Below are positions 27,001 through 30,000 of a stretch of 64,000 nt of DNA, in pieces; position 1 is the first letter of the stretch, and the number at the start of each line of letters is the position of its first letter. The DNA is taken from contig JAUSEX010000037.1 in assembly GCA_030649895.1 (NCBI GenBank), positions 3,815-67,814 of the forward strand, read 5' to 3'. Position numbers and translations under genes: made by a program. A model generated the notes under the pieces. That model worked only from the letters and a program-made list of their open reading frames with translations. It was not told the origin of the DNA and did not search any database. The DNA comes from Candidatus Omnitrophota bacterium. Its GTDB lineage: Bacteria; Omnitrophota; Gorgyraeia; Gorgyraeales; Gorgyraeaceae.

Positions 27001-30000
27001 CTGATAGCAAATATGTGTTTCCCGCTAGCTTGCTTCAATATACCGGGGAGAATAAAAGTAATGCTGGTCAGTCAATGCTCAAAATATTAGCTCCTTTTAT
27101 CGCAATAGTATTTATTGCCTGGTTCTTTATCAGCATTGTATTAGCGGCGCATACTGCGAATGCAGCTGGCTCTGGCAGCGCGGGGGCGCAGAACCGTGTT
27201 ATCCATCAACAGGAGGATGCGCGGATGATCCAGACTCCCGAGGTTGACATTCGTCCTGACGGTTTCTATGTTGAGAATAGAAGGATATTTATTGGGGCGG
27301 GAGTAAATTTCAGGATTTTGGATTATGACAACAATTTTGGGGCATATAGGCGGGTAACTGATTATCCTGAACAAGTAAAGGCTGAGCTGGCTGCTATACG
27401 CAGTATATCTCAGAGAGGGACTGTTGTTATCCGCGTGGGGTTATTGGATTCAGGGGTTAATTACTTTAAAGGCGAAGGTAATTATGCAAATATTCGGGAT
27501 GATGTGATTGCTTTCCTGCAATGGGCAAAGGATAACAATGTTATGGTAGAGTTTGTTCTAGCTGATTACCTGTTGGCTGCTCGTCATTCTGATGCCTTGA
27601 CCCATGATATTACCAGACAGGATATCACCCAAAGATTCTTAGGGGATTTGGTAAGGGATATCAAAGCTGATCCTAAGGCATTTTTAAGCCTCTGGGGATT
27701 TGATTTATACAATGAACCGGAATGGTCTGTCAGCCAAAGCTTTGGCGGTGGATGGGAGTATGTTACAGGAGAAAGGCCTGAACAGCCGATACCAATTGTG
27801 GATATGAACGCCTATTTTAATGAGGCTTACGAAACTATAAAGTCTATTGCTCCTGAAAAGTTCGTCACTATCGGCGTTTCAGCAAAGCATTTTAGCGTCA
27901 TAGGCGCAATAAAGGATAGGTTAGATTATTTTGCCCTGCATTACTATGCTTGGATGGGGCCTTTAGAAAGCTATGTCAGTCAGCTCCCGGAGAATAAACC
28001 TTGGCTATTAGAGGAATATCCCAGCAGAGACGAAGGTATGAATATCGAACCCGCTGTTTACTTGGATAATCTCTTAAATCTATGGAATACAGGTAAGCCT
28101 GCTTCAGGCGGATTAATCTGGATGTGGAGGCCAATCATAGGGCAGGCGGATGAAAATACCTCTGATGAAATGGTCGCTAAGCTTAGAGATTGGACTGCGC
28201 AACATCAAAATGAATTGGAAGGTAAATTTGGCCTGTTTCTTCCTCTAGTGTTCGGTTTTGCTTTAAAGCGTAAAGGAAACTTCTCGGAAACAGGAGAAGA
28301 TTCCTCGGAATTAGTTGATTGGAAAGCAGAATGCGATAGCCTTCCTATTCAGGCATATGATTCGGATTATTTTGTCGCTGCCAAGATATGGTCTTATAAA
28401 GGACTCAAGGTATTTTTTATTCCAGACCACAAATTCGAACACACCTTATTAAACCTGATGCGAAAGGCCTTAGGTTTTAAGTTTAGAGAGATACTTTCAG
28501 ATGCGCACGATGACGCAAGCTATCCGACTGAATATAAACCTTTGGATCCCGGAGAAGCCAGCGAGGGAGAAATTATTGATCGTTCCAATGCCTTAACTTC
28601 TGCGAATTGGCGTATGGCTCTTATAAAAGACGGGACCATCGCGGATTCTTATGACTTGTCGGTAATTAAGGCAGATGAGGGCGAAGGCCGGATACTTAAA
28701 CTGCGTTTAGCGCAATTTCCGGCAGTTACGCCTTCGAAAACAGATGAGACTATTTTAATTATTGAGAATGATTCTTTTGGTATATTTGACAGTAAAGAAC
28801 TTGAAAGAGCAATTAGTGAGTATGTCGACGCGCTTTTTAAACTTAATATTGAATTTGACGATGTTATTTTTGTAGACGCAGGAGATAAACTGTCTAACTG
28901 GATGATCGGCCCGCCAAGCACGCGTTATTATAGAGAACATATCTTGCGATTTTTATTGGCTAAACTTGCTGAGAAATACGAAGGCGGCGTAGATTATTCT
29001 ACGCAAAGAAGAAATGATCCCGCAAAAGAGATTAAAGGCGCAGAGGGAGATAGAATGGCAAATGGGGGTGTTCCCCGATCTGAGATGCAATCCGAGGCAT
29101 CAAAAGAAGAGCGGCAGCGTGATATCGATACGCAATTTATAGGCTTATTATACAGGGCTGCGTTTAATAGGCTGCCTGACATAAGGCATGATTTCGCTAG
29201 CGTGGTACGGGAAATGATAAGGGCAATGGCGGCTTACCGCGAATACTATCTTCTTTCTTCCACTCCCGTCAGAAGCCCGGATTCTATTACGCTGAAACTG
29301 CTCAAGGAAAGTATCGGCCAGGATGGAAAATTCCTTAATGTTAATTCTCATGCAGTTATGCAGCTGCGCATGGTAAGAGAGGTTTTTTCAGCAGATGCAA
29401 TGGTAGCAGCAATTGGTTATGATGACAAGAATGCCGAACTTCCGGTTATCGATCGCGTGTTATCATTAAAAACCGATGACTTGATTCGATATATTGAGAA
29501 GAATAAAAATAATATTGGTAAATCAAGGTTCAAAATATTACCTCTAGCGATACTATTTGGCGGATTTGCAGAAATGTTTTGGGGTTTTCCCTCTATTGCT
29601 CAGTCAGCGGGCTTAGAGGAGGCAGTAAATCAGAGAGCGTTCTTTCAGTCATTATTTTCCGAAACAACCTTGATAACCTTGGGGGCAATACTATTTACAT
29701 CTGTATCAATTGTAGGAGTAACTTTATCTTTATATAGGGTTTTTAAGCATAACTCCAAAAATGTAAGAGAACCTTCTCCTGCTCCTGACAAAGATCTAGC
29801 AAATGCTTCTGTTTGGGCTTTAGAAAGGATTTTGCATATTATAGATGAATTAAGCCGTGCAGGGGAAGAAGGAATCAGGCAGCTATTAGAGGAGATGAAA
29901 AAGAATTCTGAGAGCGTAGGCGTTGGAACAAGCCATGTAGAAGTTGCTGAAGAAGCTGATAGATCAAAAAATCAAGGACTAGGCGTTACGTTATACTCTG

